From the NCBI GenBank assembly GCA_022561055.1, contig JADFRY010000001.1, positions 121,262 through 185,261 on the forward strand: a stretch of DNA of 64,000 nucleotides, in the 5' to 3' direction. Source of the DNA: Nanobdellota archaeon (GTDB taxonomy: Archaea; Nanobdellota; Nanobdellia; Pacearchaeales; GW2011-AR1). Position numbers and translations under genes: made by a program. Within the stretch, counting starts at the first letter, position 1. Each line of letters begins with the position of its first letter. The notes under the pieces are model-generated. The model saw only the letters and a program-made list of their open reading frames with translations. It was not told where the DNA came from and ran no database searches. Below are positions 15,651-24,812 of this stretch, one piece after another.

Positions 15651-18134
15651 ATGAAGCAAATTAATTTTTCTCGTATTGAGAGAAAATGGCAGAAGCAGTG
15701 GGAGAGCAGAGGTATTTTTAAGGCTCGAGAAGGCAGGAGGAGGAAATATTATATTGTTGAAATGTATCCTTATCCTTCTGGTTTTGGGCTTCATATGGGC
15801 CATGCTTTTAATTACACTATCGGGGATGTTCAAGCTCGCTTGAGAAGAATGCAAGGATTTAATGTTCTTTATCCTATGGGTTATGATTCTTTTGGCTTGC
15901 CTGCAGAGAATGCCGCTATTAAGGCGAAATCACATCCTAAGAGATTTACTGAACAAGCTATTAAGAATTACATAAAACAGCAAAAAGAATTAGGATTGAG
16001 TTATGATTGGTCTCGGTTGATAGTGAGTCATGACCCTGAATTTTATAAGTGGGACCAATGGATTTTTTTGAAGATGTTTGAAAAAGGACTTGCTTATAAA
16101 AAGAAAGCGCCGGTAAATTTTTGTAAGAAGTGCAATACTGTTTTAGCAAATGAGCAGGTTGTTAATGGAAAGTGCTGGATACATGAAGATAGTGATGTCG
16201 AAGTCAAGTTGTTAGAACAATGGTTTTTGAGGATTACTGACTATGCTGATGAATTGTATGAGGGAATTGATAAGCTTGATGGGTGGCCTGATTTAATTAA
16301 GACTTTACAGAAGAATTGGATTAATAAAAGTCATGGGACAGAGATTGATTTTTTTGTTGGTGACAAGATATGGAAAGTTTTTACAACCAGGGCTGATACA
16401 TTATTTGGTGTTACTTTTCTTGTCGTGAGTGCGCAACATCCTGATTTGATGGCTTTGGTGAGTGATAAGCAGAAAAAAGAAGTTGATAAATTCTTGAGAA
16501 AAGTAAGGAGTGTTAGTGATAAGGACTTGGTTAAGCTGGATAAGGAAGGAGTTTTTACAGGATCATATGCTTTACATCCTTTGACTGAGAAAAGAATTCC
16601 TGTTTGGTTGGGCAATTTTATTGTTGCAGATTATGGTAGTGGAATGGTGATGGCAGTGCCAGCTCATGATCAGAGAGATTTTGAATTTGCTAAGAAATAT
16701 GGGTTGGAGATTAGGGAAGTTGTGAGGCCGAAAGGAGGAAAGAAATTTAACCCAAAGAGTGCGAAGGAAGCTTATACTGGTTTTGGTATTTTGGGGAACT
16801 CTGGAGGATTTGGAGGGTTGAAAAGTCAGGAAGCTATACAGCATATTACGAATGCTTTGGAAATGAAACATAAGGGTCGTAAAGCAGTTGGCTATAGATT
16901 AAAAGATTGGTTGATTTCACGACAGCGATTTTGGGGGACTCCAATTCCAATTATTTATTGTAATGCTTGTGGAATTGTTCTAGTGTTGGAGAAGGATTTA
17001 CCTGTTAAATTACCAGAGAATATTAAATTTAGTAGTAAGGGAAATCCTTTAGTTGGGCATGATAAGTTTATGAGAGCAAAGTGTCCTAAATGTGGTAAAA
17101 TTGGAAGAAGGGAGAGTGATACGATGGATACGTTTGTTAATTCTTCTTGGTATTTTTTGAGATATTGCGACCCTAAAAATAAAAAGAAAATATTTGACTC
17201 GAAAAAAGCAAATTATTGGATGCCTATTGATAATTATATTGGCGGAAAAGAACATGCTTGTTTACATTTGATTTATTTTAGATTTTATACTAAGTTTTTG
17301 AGAGATATTGGGTTATTGAGATTCGATGAGCCGGTGAAGAGGTTGTTTAACCAGGGAATGTTACATGCGGCGGACGGTAGGAAGATGAGCAAGTCTTATG
17401 GGAATGTTGTTTTGCCTGATGAAGCTGCTAAGAAATATGGGGTTGATGCCATGAGGATGTTCTTAATTTCTGTCGCGTCGCCAGATAAAGATTTTAACTG
17501 GAGTGATAAAGGCGCTGAAGGAAGTTTAAGATTTGTTTTGAAAGTAATGAATTTTGTTGATGATTTTAAGAATAAAAAAATTAAGAGTAAGAAGATGACA
17601 AAATTACAGGAGAGTAAGTTGCATAGGGCAATAAGAGATTATACTGACGATTTAGAGGTGTTTGGATATAATTTAGGCGTGATTAAATTGAGAGCGTTGT
17701 TTGATGTTTTGCGGGAGGGTTGTGACAAGAGAAGTTTAGAGATTTTTTTGAGATTGTTTAGCGTAATTTGTCCGCATGTTGCAGAGGAGATGTGGGAAAA
17801 ATTAGGAAACAGAGGATTTGTTAGTTTAGAGAAATGGCCAAAGTTTGATAAGAAGAAAATTGATGATAAGTTGGAGGAAATTGAAAATCAAATTAATAAA
17901 TTGATTGATGATATTAGGAATATTATTAAGATAGTTAAGGGTAGAGGCAAGAAGGTTGGTAGAGTATATCTATATGTTTTGCCGCAGGAAAAAAAGAATT
18001 ATGATAGTGAAAAATTAGTGGGAAGGTTAGGGATCGAGGTTATTATTTTTGCTGTTAATGACAAGGGTAAATATGATCCAGAGGGAAAAGCCAAGAAAGC
18101 TAAACCCGGAAGGCCTGGGATTTTTTTGGAGTAA
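15651..18134 (+). CDS. leuS: Leucine--tRNA ligase, bacterial-type architecture
   Basis: YPYPSGFGLHMGHAFNYTIGDVQARLRRMQGFNVLYPMGYDSFGLPAENAAIK carries a HIGH-type motif. A KMSKS motif (GRKMSKSYGNVV) is present. The 827-aa length is typical of bacterial LeuRS. Confidence 0.92.
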   Translation: MKQINFSRIERKWQKQWESRGIFKAREGRRRKYYIVEMYPYPSGFGLHMGHAFNYTIGDVQARLRRMQGFNVLYPMGYDSFGLPAENAAIKAKSHPKRFTEQAIKNYIKQQKELGLSYDWSRLIVSHDPEFYKWDQWIFLKMFEKGLAYKKKAPVNFCKKCNTVLANEQVVNGKCWIHEDSDVEVKLLEQWFLRITDYADELYEGIDKLDGWPDLIKTLQKNWINKSHGTEIDFFVGDKIWKVFTTRADTLFGVTFLVVSAQHPDLMALVSDKQKKEVDKFLRKVRSVSDKDLVKLDKEGVFTGSYALHPLTEKRIPVWLGNFIVADYGSGMVMAVPAHDQRDFEFAKKYGLEIREVVRPKGGKKFNPKSAKEAYTGFGILGNSGGFGGLKSQEAIQHITNALEMKHKGRKAVGYRLKDWLISRQRFWGTPIPIIYCNACGIVLVLEKDLPVKLPENIKFSSKGNPLVGHDKFMRAKCPKCGKIGRRESDTMDTFVNSSWYFLRYCDPKNKKKIFDSKKANYWMPIDNYIGGKEHACLHLIYFRFYTKFLRDIGLLRFDEPVKRLFNQGMLHAADGRKMSKSYGNVVLPDEAAKKYGVDAMRMFLISVASPDKDFNWSDKGAEGSLRFVLKVMNFVDDFKNKKIKSKKMTKLQESKLHRAIRDYTDDLEVFGYNLGVIKLRALFDVLREGCDKRSLEIFLRLFSVICPHVAEEMWEKLGNRGFVSLEKWPKFDKKKIDDKLEEIENQINKLIDDIRNIIKIVKGRGKKVGRVYLYVLPQEKKNYDSEKLVGRLGIEVIIFAVNDKGKYDPEGKAKKAKPGRPGIFLE

Positions 18135-18200
18135 GAAATAATCATTTTGTAGTAGTTATTTAATCCAAATCTTTAAATACCCTTGTTTTGTGGAGAAAAC

Positions 18201-18956
18201 ATGGCTACAAGAACAAAAATAAAAGGAAACTTTAACTGGAGAATTTTAACTATAGTTCCTAGTCTTATAGAGGGACCTGACGCAGAAGCATCCTTAGATG
18301 AATTCAATGGTAGAGCTGATGCTGATTACAAAGAAAATAGAAATGTAAAAGTCCTGACATATGATGATGGAATTGTAAAGGGTTCAAATTCTTTTGCTGT
18401 TGTTCTGATGAATCAAATTCTGAGACCTCAAGGAATAAGGACGGTGACTCCAGCTGATTTAGGAATGATATTAGAGGCAAGTAGTTTGCCATTAAGAGTC
18501 CAATATGAAGACGCGGCTTTAGTTCTAAGAGGAGATATTGACTCTTATGATCCTAATAATTCATTAGCACAAGATCTTGCTAGACAAGTAAAAGACCGTG
18601 GTTTAACTGCATCTCCGAAAGCTCCTGTGATGATTCCATTAACTGGCTTGGATTTACAAAATGCTGATAATCAATATGGTTTAGCTTTCAAGCTGAGAGA
18701 TGATGCTGAATTAATTGAAGCTCCTGAATTAGTTGACGAAAATGATGGTAAGACATTCTCTAAAACAGATGATAGAGGCATGCCAATCTTTGATGGCGAT
18801 GTGGGTAGAATATTATATACAAGAAATGAAGGCCTTTCCAGGTTGTACCTGGACAGGGGCTTGTACTCCGGTAGGTACAGGCTTGACGATTCCTACTGTT
18901 ACGGTCGGATAGTTCTTGTTTCTGGCGAATCCGGCGCGCCTAATTTTTCAGCATAA
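18201..18956 (+). CDS. Hypothetical protein with atypical composition
   Basis: The ATG at 18201 is the likely start (the track ORF begins at TTG 18183). It is richer in D/G/R/A and poorer in K than its neighbours, and the 3' end is visibly GC-richer. No motif recognised. Confidence 0.55.
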   Translation: MATRTKIKGNFNWRILTIVPSLIEGPDAEASLDEFNGRADADYKENRNVKVLTYDDGIVKGSNSFAVVLMNQILRPQGIRTVTPADLGMILEASSLPLRVQYEDAALVLRGDIDSYDPNNSLAQDLARQVKDRGLTASPKAPVMIPLTGLDLQNADNQYGLAFKLRDDAELIEAPELVDENDGKTFSKTDDRGMPIFDGDVGRILYTRNEGLSRLYLDRGLYSGRYRLDDSYCYGRIVLVSGESGAPNFSA

Positions 18957-19068
18957 ATAGCTTTGGGTAGAGATGAAGATAATAATCTGAGGAGAGTTTA
19001 TTTTGTAGAAGACAGGAGTGCTTATTAGTTTTAATTAACTTTATTAACTAGTTTCTTTCAGGTAGATT

Positions 19069-19863
19069 ATGGTCTTTGTCAGTGAATTAGTATCAGCATT
19101 AATTTTAGCGGTTGTTCAGGGGCTTACTGAATGGGTGCCTGTTTCTAGTTCTGGGCATTTGATTTTATTTGAGAGACTGCTAGGATTTTCTGGAGGATTG
19201 ACTTTTAACGTTGCTTTGCATTTTGGAACTTTGATGGCTGTGTTTGTTTATTTTGGTAAAGATATTACAGATATTATTCAGGATTTGTTGAGAGGTAAAT
19301 GGAAGAGCGAGCACGGCAGAATGGGTTTGTTGTTAATTATCGCTTCTATTCCTGCTGCAATTATTGGTTTCTTGGTTAAGGATTTTTTTGAGAGTGTTTT
19401 GTCTGGATTAGGAGTGGTTGCATTGGGATTTGGAATTACTGGTTTGTTTTTGTTAATTGCAAGTTTTCATTTTAACGGTAAAAAGATTGGTGGAATGAAG
19501 AAATTAGGATATGGAAATGCTTTTTTAATTGGTATCGCCCAGGCTTTGTCTATTGTGCCTGGAATTTCTAGGAGTGGTGCAACAATTTCTTCAGGAGTTT
19601 TATTAGGTTTAAATGAAAAAAACGCGATGAGGTTTGCTTTTTTAATGTCTATTCCGGTCATATTTGGAGCTAATATTATTTTTATTGGTAATCAAACCTT
19701 GCCTAAAGAGTTAATATGGGCGACTCTCGTTTCTTTTATTGTTGGACTTGCAAGTATTCATGTTATTTTTAAATATGTTTTGATTTTTAAGAAAAATTTT
19801 AGGTGGTTTGGGATTTATTGTTTGTTGTTGGCTTTAGCTATTGGAATTTGGTTGTTAGTTTAG
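19069..19863 (+). CDS. uppP: Undecaprenyl-diphosphate phosphatase (BacA/UppP family)
   Basis: VQGLTEWVPVSSSGHLILFERLLG and SIVPGISRSGATISSGVLLG match the two conserved BacA motifs. Confidence 0.85.
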   Translation: MVFVSELVSALILAVVQGLTEWVPVSSSGHLILFERLLGFSGGLTFNVALHFGTLMAVFVYFGKDITDIIQDLLRGKWKSEHGRMGLLLIIASIPAAIIGFLVKDFFESVLSGLGVVALGFGITGLFLLIASFHFNGKKIGGMKKLGYGNAFLIGIAQALSIVPGISRSGATISSGVLLGLNEKNAMRFAFLMSIPVIFGANIIFIGNQTLPKELIWATLVSFIVGLASIHVIFKYVLIFKKNFRWFGIYCLLLALAIGIWLLV

Positions 19864-19894
19864 AAATAGAGCCAATTTAATTGATAAATTACTT

Positions 19895-21469
19895 TTAAGT
19901 ACTTTCACACTTACTTTCTACACATATTTTATCTTCATCGCAGTCTGTGTCAACTGTGCATTCTGGCGCATTTTCACATTCACCTTCTACACAAACTTTA
20001 TCTTCTTCACAATTAGCATCGACTGTACATTCAGCTTTATCTTCTTCGTCTATTTCATCATTCTCATCTTTAAATTCTATCAAATCCTCTTTCTCTTCTC
20101 TAGTTTCAATCTCAAATTCTACAAATGGCCTTATTTCTTCGACTGGAACTCCTAATCTGAGTGCTATTTCATTTAAGATTTCTTTTTCATTTGTTGTTTT
20201 TAATTTAAATTCCATTTTTATTCTATCCCATTTAATTTCTATTTCTGCTTCATCATCTTCTATTTCGACTTCAATCTCTCTTTCTTTCTCCTCCTCCTCA
20301 ACTTCTTGTTTAAATTCTATAACATCTAATATTTCTTGTTCTGTAAGTTGGATTCTCTTTACAATTGCTTTTATTATAGACTCTCTGTCGGTGCCATCAA
20401 TGAATTCTAGTTTTATTTTTACTTTTGCAAATGAAACACCGTGTTTTTCTTTTATTTTAGCTTTAATTCTTAATTTTTCCAATCTTTCAAGTTCTTTCTT
20501 ATCTTCATCTTGTTCAGTTATGCTATTATCCGAGCCATTATCACAATGCCCTAGAGAGTCGCCATGTGCTAAATGAGTAGAAACCGCAGGCGCTCCTATG
20601 ATTATCGTATGTGCCTCTTCTGGATTTTCTGGAGGAATATGGCAAATCTCAACCTCTTCCTTTTCATCATCGCCTCTTTCTATTTTCAAGAGGCGATTTG
20701 CTTCTTCTTTAGTCAGAGCAAATCTTTCAATTATTTCTTTGATTACTTCATCTTTACTAGTTGCTCTTATAGTGAATTTAAGCTCAACCTTTACTCTTGA
20801 GAAATCGTCAAATATTTTTGCTTTAACTTTTCTTTCTTCCCTTAATCTTCCTAAACCATCTTCTATTTCTATTCTTGATCTTCCTGTTCGCTGCTCTATT
20901 CTAACCTTTGTTCTTTCTTCTTTATTTTCTATGTCTATTCTTACTCTTTCTATATTTTCATCAAGAGAATTTATGAATGCAAGTAATCTGGCTATTTGCT
21001 CTTCTGTCAGTGTTATGCCTTCTATTTTTATTCTTATTCTTGATCTGATTTCATCTAATTCTGCTTCTTGATCGTCTAAGGCATTTTCAAGGTCAACTAC
21101 TTCTTCTAAATTTTTTTCATTATCTTCTTCTAATTCTTGTATTCCTGCTCTTACTCTGGTAAGTTTTTCTTTATGAGCTAATTCAGCTTTTTCTGCGTCA
21201 GGAATTTTTTCTTCCTCAATCATCGCTTTGACTTCAAGAAGTCTTTCAAGAGCATGTTTGAGACCTTTTTCTGCTTTAGCTGATTTATCAAATGTTAGTG
21301 CTAGATTAATGTTTTCTAAAGCTCTGTCAATGCCCCATAAAGGATTATCAGGAGTCACGCCTGCTTGTATCTCTTCCTCGGCTGAAACGGCTTGATCCTG
21401 CGCAATTACAAATGATAAGGTTACAAATATAAGAAGACTAGATAATAATATTAATTTGTTCATATTCAT
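19895..21469 (-). CDS. Secreted, highly acidic repeat protein with a Cys-rich C-terminal module
   Basis: Signal-peptide-like N-terminus MNMNKLILLSSLLIFVTLSFVIAQD. Three internal ~55-60-aa repeats follow the pattern (K)VK.(E)L.F....T...EI...I..R..LT.EE. The C-terminus has tandem CTVD.(N/D)C.EDK.CVE..CE units. Confidence 0.7.
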   Translation of the reverse strand: MNMNKLILLSSLLIFVTLSFVIAQDQAVSAEEEIQAGVTPDNPLWGIDRALENINLALTFDKSAKAEKGLKHALERLLEVKAMIEEEKIPDAEKAELAHKEKLTRVRAGIQELEEDNEKNLEEVVDLENALDDQEAELDEIRSRIRIKIEGITLTEEQIARLLAFINSLDENIERVRIDIENKEERTKVRIEQRTGRSRIEIEDGLGRLREERKVKAKIFDDFSRVKVELKFTIRATSKDEVIKEIIERFALTKEEANRLLKIERGDDEKEEVEICHIPPENPEEAHTIIIGAPAVSTHLAHGDSLGHCDNGSDNSITEQDEDKKELERLEKLRIKAKIKEKHGVSFAKVKIKLEFIDGTDRESIIKAIVKRIQLTEQEILDVIEFKQEVEEEEKEREIEVEIEDDEAEIEIKWDRIKMEFKLKTTNEKEILNEIALRLGVPVEEIRPFVEFEIETREEKEDLIEFKDENDEIDEEDKAECTVDANCEEDKVCVEGECENAPECTVDTDCDEDKICVESKCEST

Positions 21470-21517
21470 AATTAATTATAAGAAAGAGAGATATATAAGT
21501 TTTAGGTTTTTGGTTTC

Positions 21518-21670
21518 TCAATCATGTTTTTTGATTGTATGTCCGCATTCAGTGCATTTCCATTTTTCAAAGACGTCTTCTTTAAATGAGAAAGGAACTA
21601 AGTATCCTTCATTGCATATTGGACATTTTGGGAAAATGCAATTATTGTTGTTTTTTTGTTCGTCGGTCAT
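21518..21670 (-). CDS. Small zinc-ribbon protein (50 aa), below the track's ORF size cutoff
   Basis: Translated by hand as MTDEQKNNNNCIFPKCPICNEGYLVPFSFKEDVFEKWKCTECGHTIKKHD, with CPxC and CxxC pairs. Its ATG begins 1 nt after the alaS stop on the same strand. Confidence 0.55.
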   Translation of the reverse strand: MTDEQKNNNNCIFPKCPICNEGYLVPFSFKEDVFEKWKCTECGHTIKKHD

Positions 21671-21671
21671 T

Positions 21672-23465
21672 TTATTCTAAAATCGCCTTTATCCTCCTGA
21701 CTCCGGCAGCAATAGATTGTTCTTTTATTATTTTAAACTTTTCTAATTCTTTTATGTTGCTAACATGTGGGCCTGTGCAGATTTCTTTGCTGAACCAGCC
21801 TTGTTTTTGTGAAGAGTCTTCTATAGTGTAGACAGATACTATTTTAGGATATTTGTGACCAAACTCTGCTTGAGCACCAATGTTTAATGCTTTGTTTAAT
21901 GGCATTTCTTCTTTAATTACTTTTAAGCCAGCTTTTATTTTTTCATTTACAAGATTCTCTACTTTTTTTAGTTCTTCTGGAGTGAGCTTTCTTGGGAAAT
22001 TAAAGTCAAATCTTAGTCTTTCTAGAGTTATGTTTGAACCTCTTTGTTTCACTTTGTTTCCTAGGACTCTTCTTAGCGCTTCATTTAAGAGATGAGTCGC
22101 TGTATGTAATTTTGTTGTTTCTTCTGAAGCATCTGCTAAACCTGATTTGAACACGCCTTGTTTTGCAGCTGCCCCTCTCGATAGAGTTTGATGTTTTTTC
22201 AGTTCTTTTTTGTATCCTTCTAAATTAACTTTGATTCGTTTTTCTGCTGCAAGTTCTTGTGTCATTTCAATTGGGAAGCCATAGCTTTGGAAAAGTAAGA
22301 AAGCTTCTTTTCCAGATATTTTTTTGTTGCGATTTTGCGTGAGCCTATTGAATTCTCTGATGCCTTTTTCGAGTGTGTTTCGGAATTTATTTTCTTCCTC
22401 ATCTAGACTCGTGAATATGAAATTTTTATTTTTTTTTAATTCAGGATAATCAGGATAAATTGGTAAGACTGCTTGGGCAATTTTTGCTGTGAAGTTTTTA
22501 TTGATGTTAAGGAGCCGGCCATATCTGATTGCCCGTCTAATTAGTCTTCTTAAGACATATCCTTGTCCAATATTTGATGGTTTGATGCCTTTTTCATCTC
22601 CGAGAATGAAGGTTGCGGCTTTAATATGGTCTGCGATTATTCTTATTGGTTTTTTGTTTTCCTTAGAATGGTAAGATTTTCCAGATATTTTTTCTATTTC
22701 TTTTATTATTGGTAAGAAGAGGGATGAGCAGTAGTCATCCTCCAAATTATTTAGAACTGTAAGAGTTCTTTCAACACCACCGCCGAAGTCAACATTTTTT
22801 TGTTTTAATTTGACGTATTCGCCTTCTTTTGTTTTGTTGTATTCTATGAAGACGTCGTTTCCTATTTCTACCCATTTATCATTGTCAGGGTCAAATTTTT
22901 TTGGAGGTTTTTTTTCAGATGCCCAGAAGAACATTTCTGTACAAGGACCACAAGGTCCTGTTTGTCCTGCAGGGCCCCACCAATTATCTTTTTTCCCTCG
23001 GAAAGCAATTCTTTCTTTTGGCACTCCGAGGCTTAACCAAATTTTTGTAGATTCTTTGTCTCTAGGAGCATCTTTATCACCTTTAAAACAAGTGATTGCA
23101 ATTTTTTCTCTTGATATTTTGAGAGTTTTTGTTAAAAATCCAAAACTATATTCTATTGCTTCTTTTTTCCAGTAATCACCAAAACTCCAATTTCCAAGCA
23201 TTTCAAAGAAAGTGTGATGTACAAGATCTCCGACTTCGTCTATATCCCCTGTTCTGAGGCATTTTTGAACATTTACAATTCTTTTTCCTAGTGGATGTTT
23301 TTGACCTGTTAAGTAAGGAACTAATGGGTGCATTCCTGCTGTTGTGAATAAAACTGTTGGGTCGTTTTCAGGAATAAGAGAAGAAGAAGGAATTGCTTTA
23401 TGTTTATTCTTTTTGAAAAAATCAATGTATCTCTTTATTAGGTCTTGGCGGGTTTTTATTTGCAT
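21672..23465 (-). CDS. alaS: Alanine--tRNA ligase, short bacterial-type form lacking the C-Ala domain
   Basis: DPTVLFTTAGMHPLVPYL...HHTFFEMLGNWSFGDYWK is the bacterial-type catalytic core. The editing-domain motifs HTATH and CTGPH are present. The protein ends at 597 aa right after ...GVRRIKAILE. Confidence 0.9.
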   Translation of the reverse strand: MQIKTRQDLIKRYIDFFKKNKHKAIPSSSLIPENDPTVLFTTAGMHPLVPYLTGQKHPLGKRIVNVQKCLRTGDIDEVGDLVHHTFFEMLGNWSFGDYWKKEAIEYSFGFLTKTLKISREKIAITCFKGDKDAPRDKESTKIWLSLGVPKERIAFRGKKDNWWGPAGQTGPCGPCTEMFFWASEKKPPKKFDPDNDKWVEIGNDVFIEYNKTKEGEYVKLKQKNVDFGGGVERTLTVLNNLEDDYCSSLFLPIIKEIEKISGKSYHSKENKKPIRIIADHIKAATFILGDEKGIKPSNIGQGYVLRRLIRRAIRYGRLLNINKNFTAKIAQAVLPIYPDYPELKKNKNFIFTSLDEEENKFRNTLEKGIREFNRLTQNRNKKISGKEAFLLFQSYGFPIEMTQELAAEKRIKVNLEGYKKELKKHQTLSRGAAAKQGVFKSGLADASEETTKLHTATHLLNEALRRVLGNKVKQRGSNITLERLRFDFNFPRKLTPEELKKVENLVNEKIKAGLKVIKEEMPLNKALNIGAQAEFGHKYPKIVSVYTIEDSSQKQGWFSKEICTGPHVSNIKELEKFKIIKEQSIAAGVRRIKAILE

Positions 23466-23594
23466 AACAGGAAGTGGAATTTGATGTTTTTAATATTAAC
23501 TTGTTTTATTAAGTTTTGAGAGAAAACTTATTTTTGTTATCTTTATAGTAGTTACAGTGCAAAGCTTTAAAAGAGAGAGAGATTTTTGAATTTT

Positions 23595-24812
23595 ATGAGT
23601 TATTTAGAAGATAGAGTTGAAAGAATTGGCAGACTGAAAGGAATTCTCTTATCTGGTGAGCTGAAAACTCGTAAAGAAATTTTGGAAGAGCTTGGAGCTA
23701 GTCAATATACTCTTAAGGTTTTGTTGGAAGGAATTGGTGCTAGATTAGTTCCTAAGAGGTATCATCATTATGCTAAGATAAGAAATGCTATGGATAATGG
23801 AGCGAAAACTAGAAAAGAAATAGCTAAAGTGACCGGGCTTAGTTATAATACTGTATCTATAGTAGTTAAGGAAGGAGCTATTGGAAATATTTATCTTGGT
23901 AGAATAAAGAAAACAAGAGCTGATAGATTAATTGGAAGAGGTCTCTCTTTCGGTCAGATAGCAGAAAGGGCAGGTGTATCTAGGAGCACTGTTTTGCGAT
24001 ATGTTAACATATCTAACCAACGTGAGAAATGGAGAGAGAGTAGAGAAGGGTATAAAAATGCACCTAAGATTAAGGCTCAAAAAGAGAGAGAAGAGGATGA
24101 GGAGAGAATTGGTGTTGTCAGAGGTTTGATTCGTTCAGTTCAAGATAACTCCTTAAAAAAACTTGATGAAGATGAAGAATGGGCTGCGAGAAAAGCTTTG
24201 GCAGTAAGAGGAAGACATCCTTTTTATGAAGTGGGAAAATTGTATACTATTTTTGTGAGATATAGAGAAGCAGAGAAGAGAGAATATAAATTGTCTTTGG
24301 AGGAATTAGGGGAAGGAACTGGTATTTGGTTTCCCCAGGTTGGTAGGTTTCTGAAAGAAGCTGGTTTAAGCCCTCTTTATGGAAAAAGAGATAGACATGC
24401 AACTCCTGCTGAAAAAAAAGAAGCTATAAGAAGATCTGTGTATGTGGAGATGCCCTATTTAGATATAGATTATTTTTTGGGTCTTCCTGCTCTTGTTGTT
24501 AATAATAATATTAGGGGTGGGGGGCTAAGGGATAAAAGACCAGATACTAAACCCTGGATTAAATCATTTGGAATTAGATCTAATTTAGGAACTTTAAATT
24601 ATCGTCTGGCGAGCCAGGTTTATGAGGCGCAAGATTTAGGATTTTCAGTTTCAGAGACAATGGAATTATTAGACTCTGGGAATGAGCTTGTTAATTATGC
24701 TTTAGAAAATAGAGGAGAAATTTCTGACAAAATTGTTGGTGCTTTGGAAGTGATGTATCCTGATAGAGATATTTCTAAACCTTACAGAGATTGGAAATTA
24801 TATAATTACTGA
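23595..24812 (+). CDS. Hypothetical protein with several HTH-like modules
   Basis: Three N-terminal segments resemble short HTH units: TRKEILEELGASQYTLKVLLE, TRKEIAKVTGLSYNTVSIVVKE and SFGQIAERAGVSRSTVLRYVN. The track ORF starts at TTG 23586 and the first ATG is at 23595. Confidence 0.55.
   Translation: MSYLEDRVERIGRLKGILLSGELKTRKEILEELGASQYTLKVLLEGIGARLVPKRYHHYAKIRNAMDNGAKTRKEIAKVTGLSYNTVSIVVKEGAIGNIYLGRIKKTRADRLIGRGLSFGQIAERAGVSRSTVLRYVNISNQREKWRESREGYKNAPKIKAQKEREEDEERIGVVRGLIRSVQDNSLKKLDEDEEWAARKALAVRGRHPFYEVGKLYTIFVRYREAEKREYKLSLEELGEGTGIWFPQVGRFLKEAGLSPLYGKRDRHATPAEKKEAIRRSVYVEMPYLDIDYFLGLPALVVNNNIRGGGLRDKRPDTKPWIKSFGIRSNLGTLNYRLASQVYEAQDLGFSVSETMELLDSGNELVNYALENRGEISDKIVGALEVMYPDRDISKPYRDWKLYNY

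Noticed and set aside
19947-21071. Plus-strand Ser-rich ORFs (19947..20576, 20573..20800 and 20598..21071).
   Set aside because: They are antisense to the acidic secreted-protein gene. Their poly-Ser/Phe/Leu composition is what GAA/GAG/AAA-rich codons produce when read on the opposite strand.
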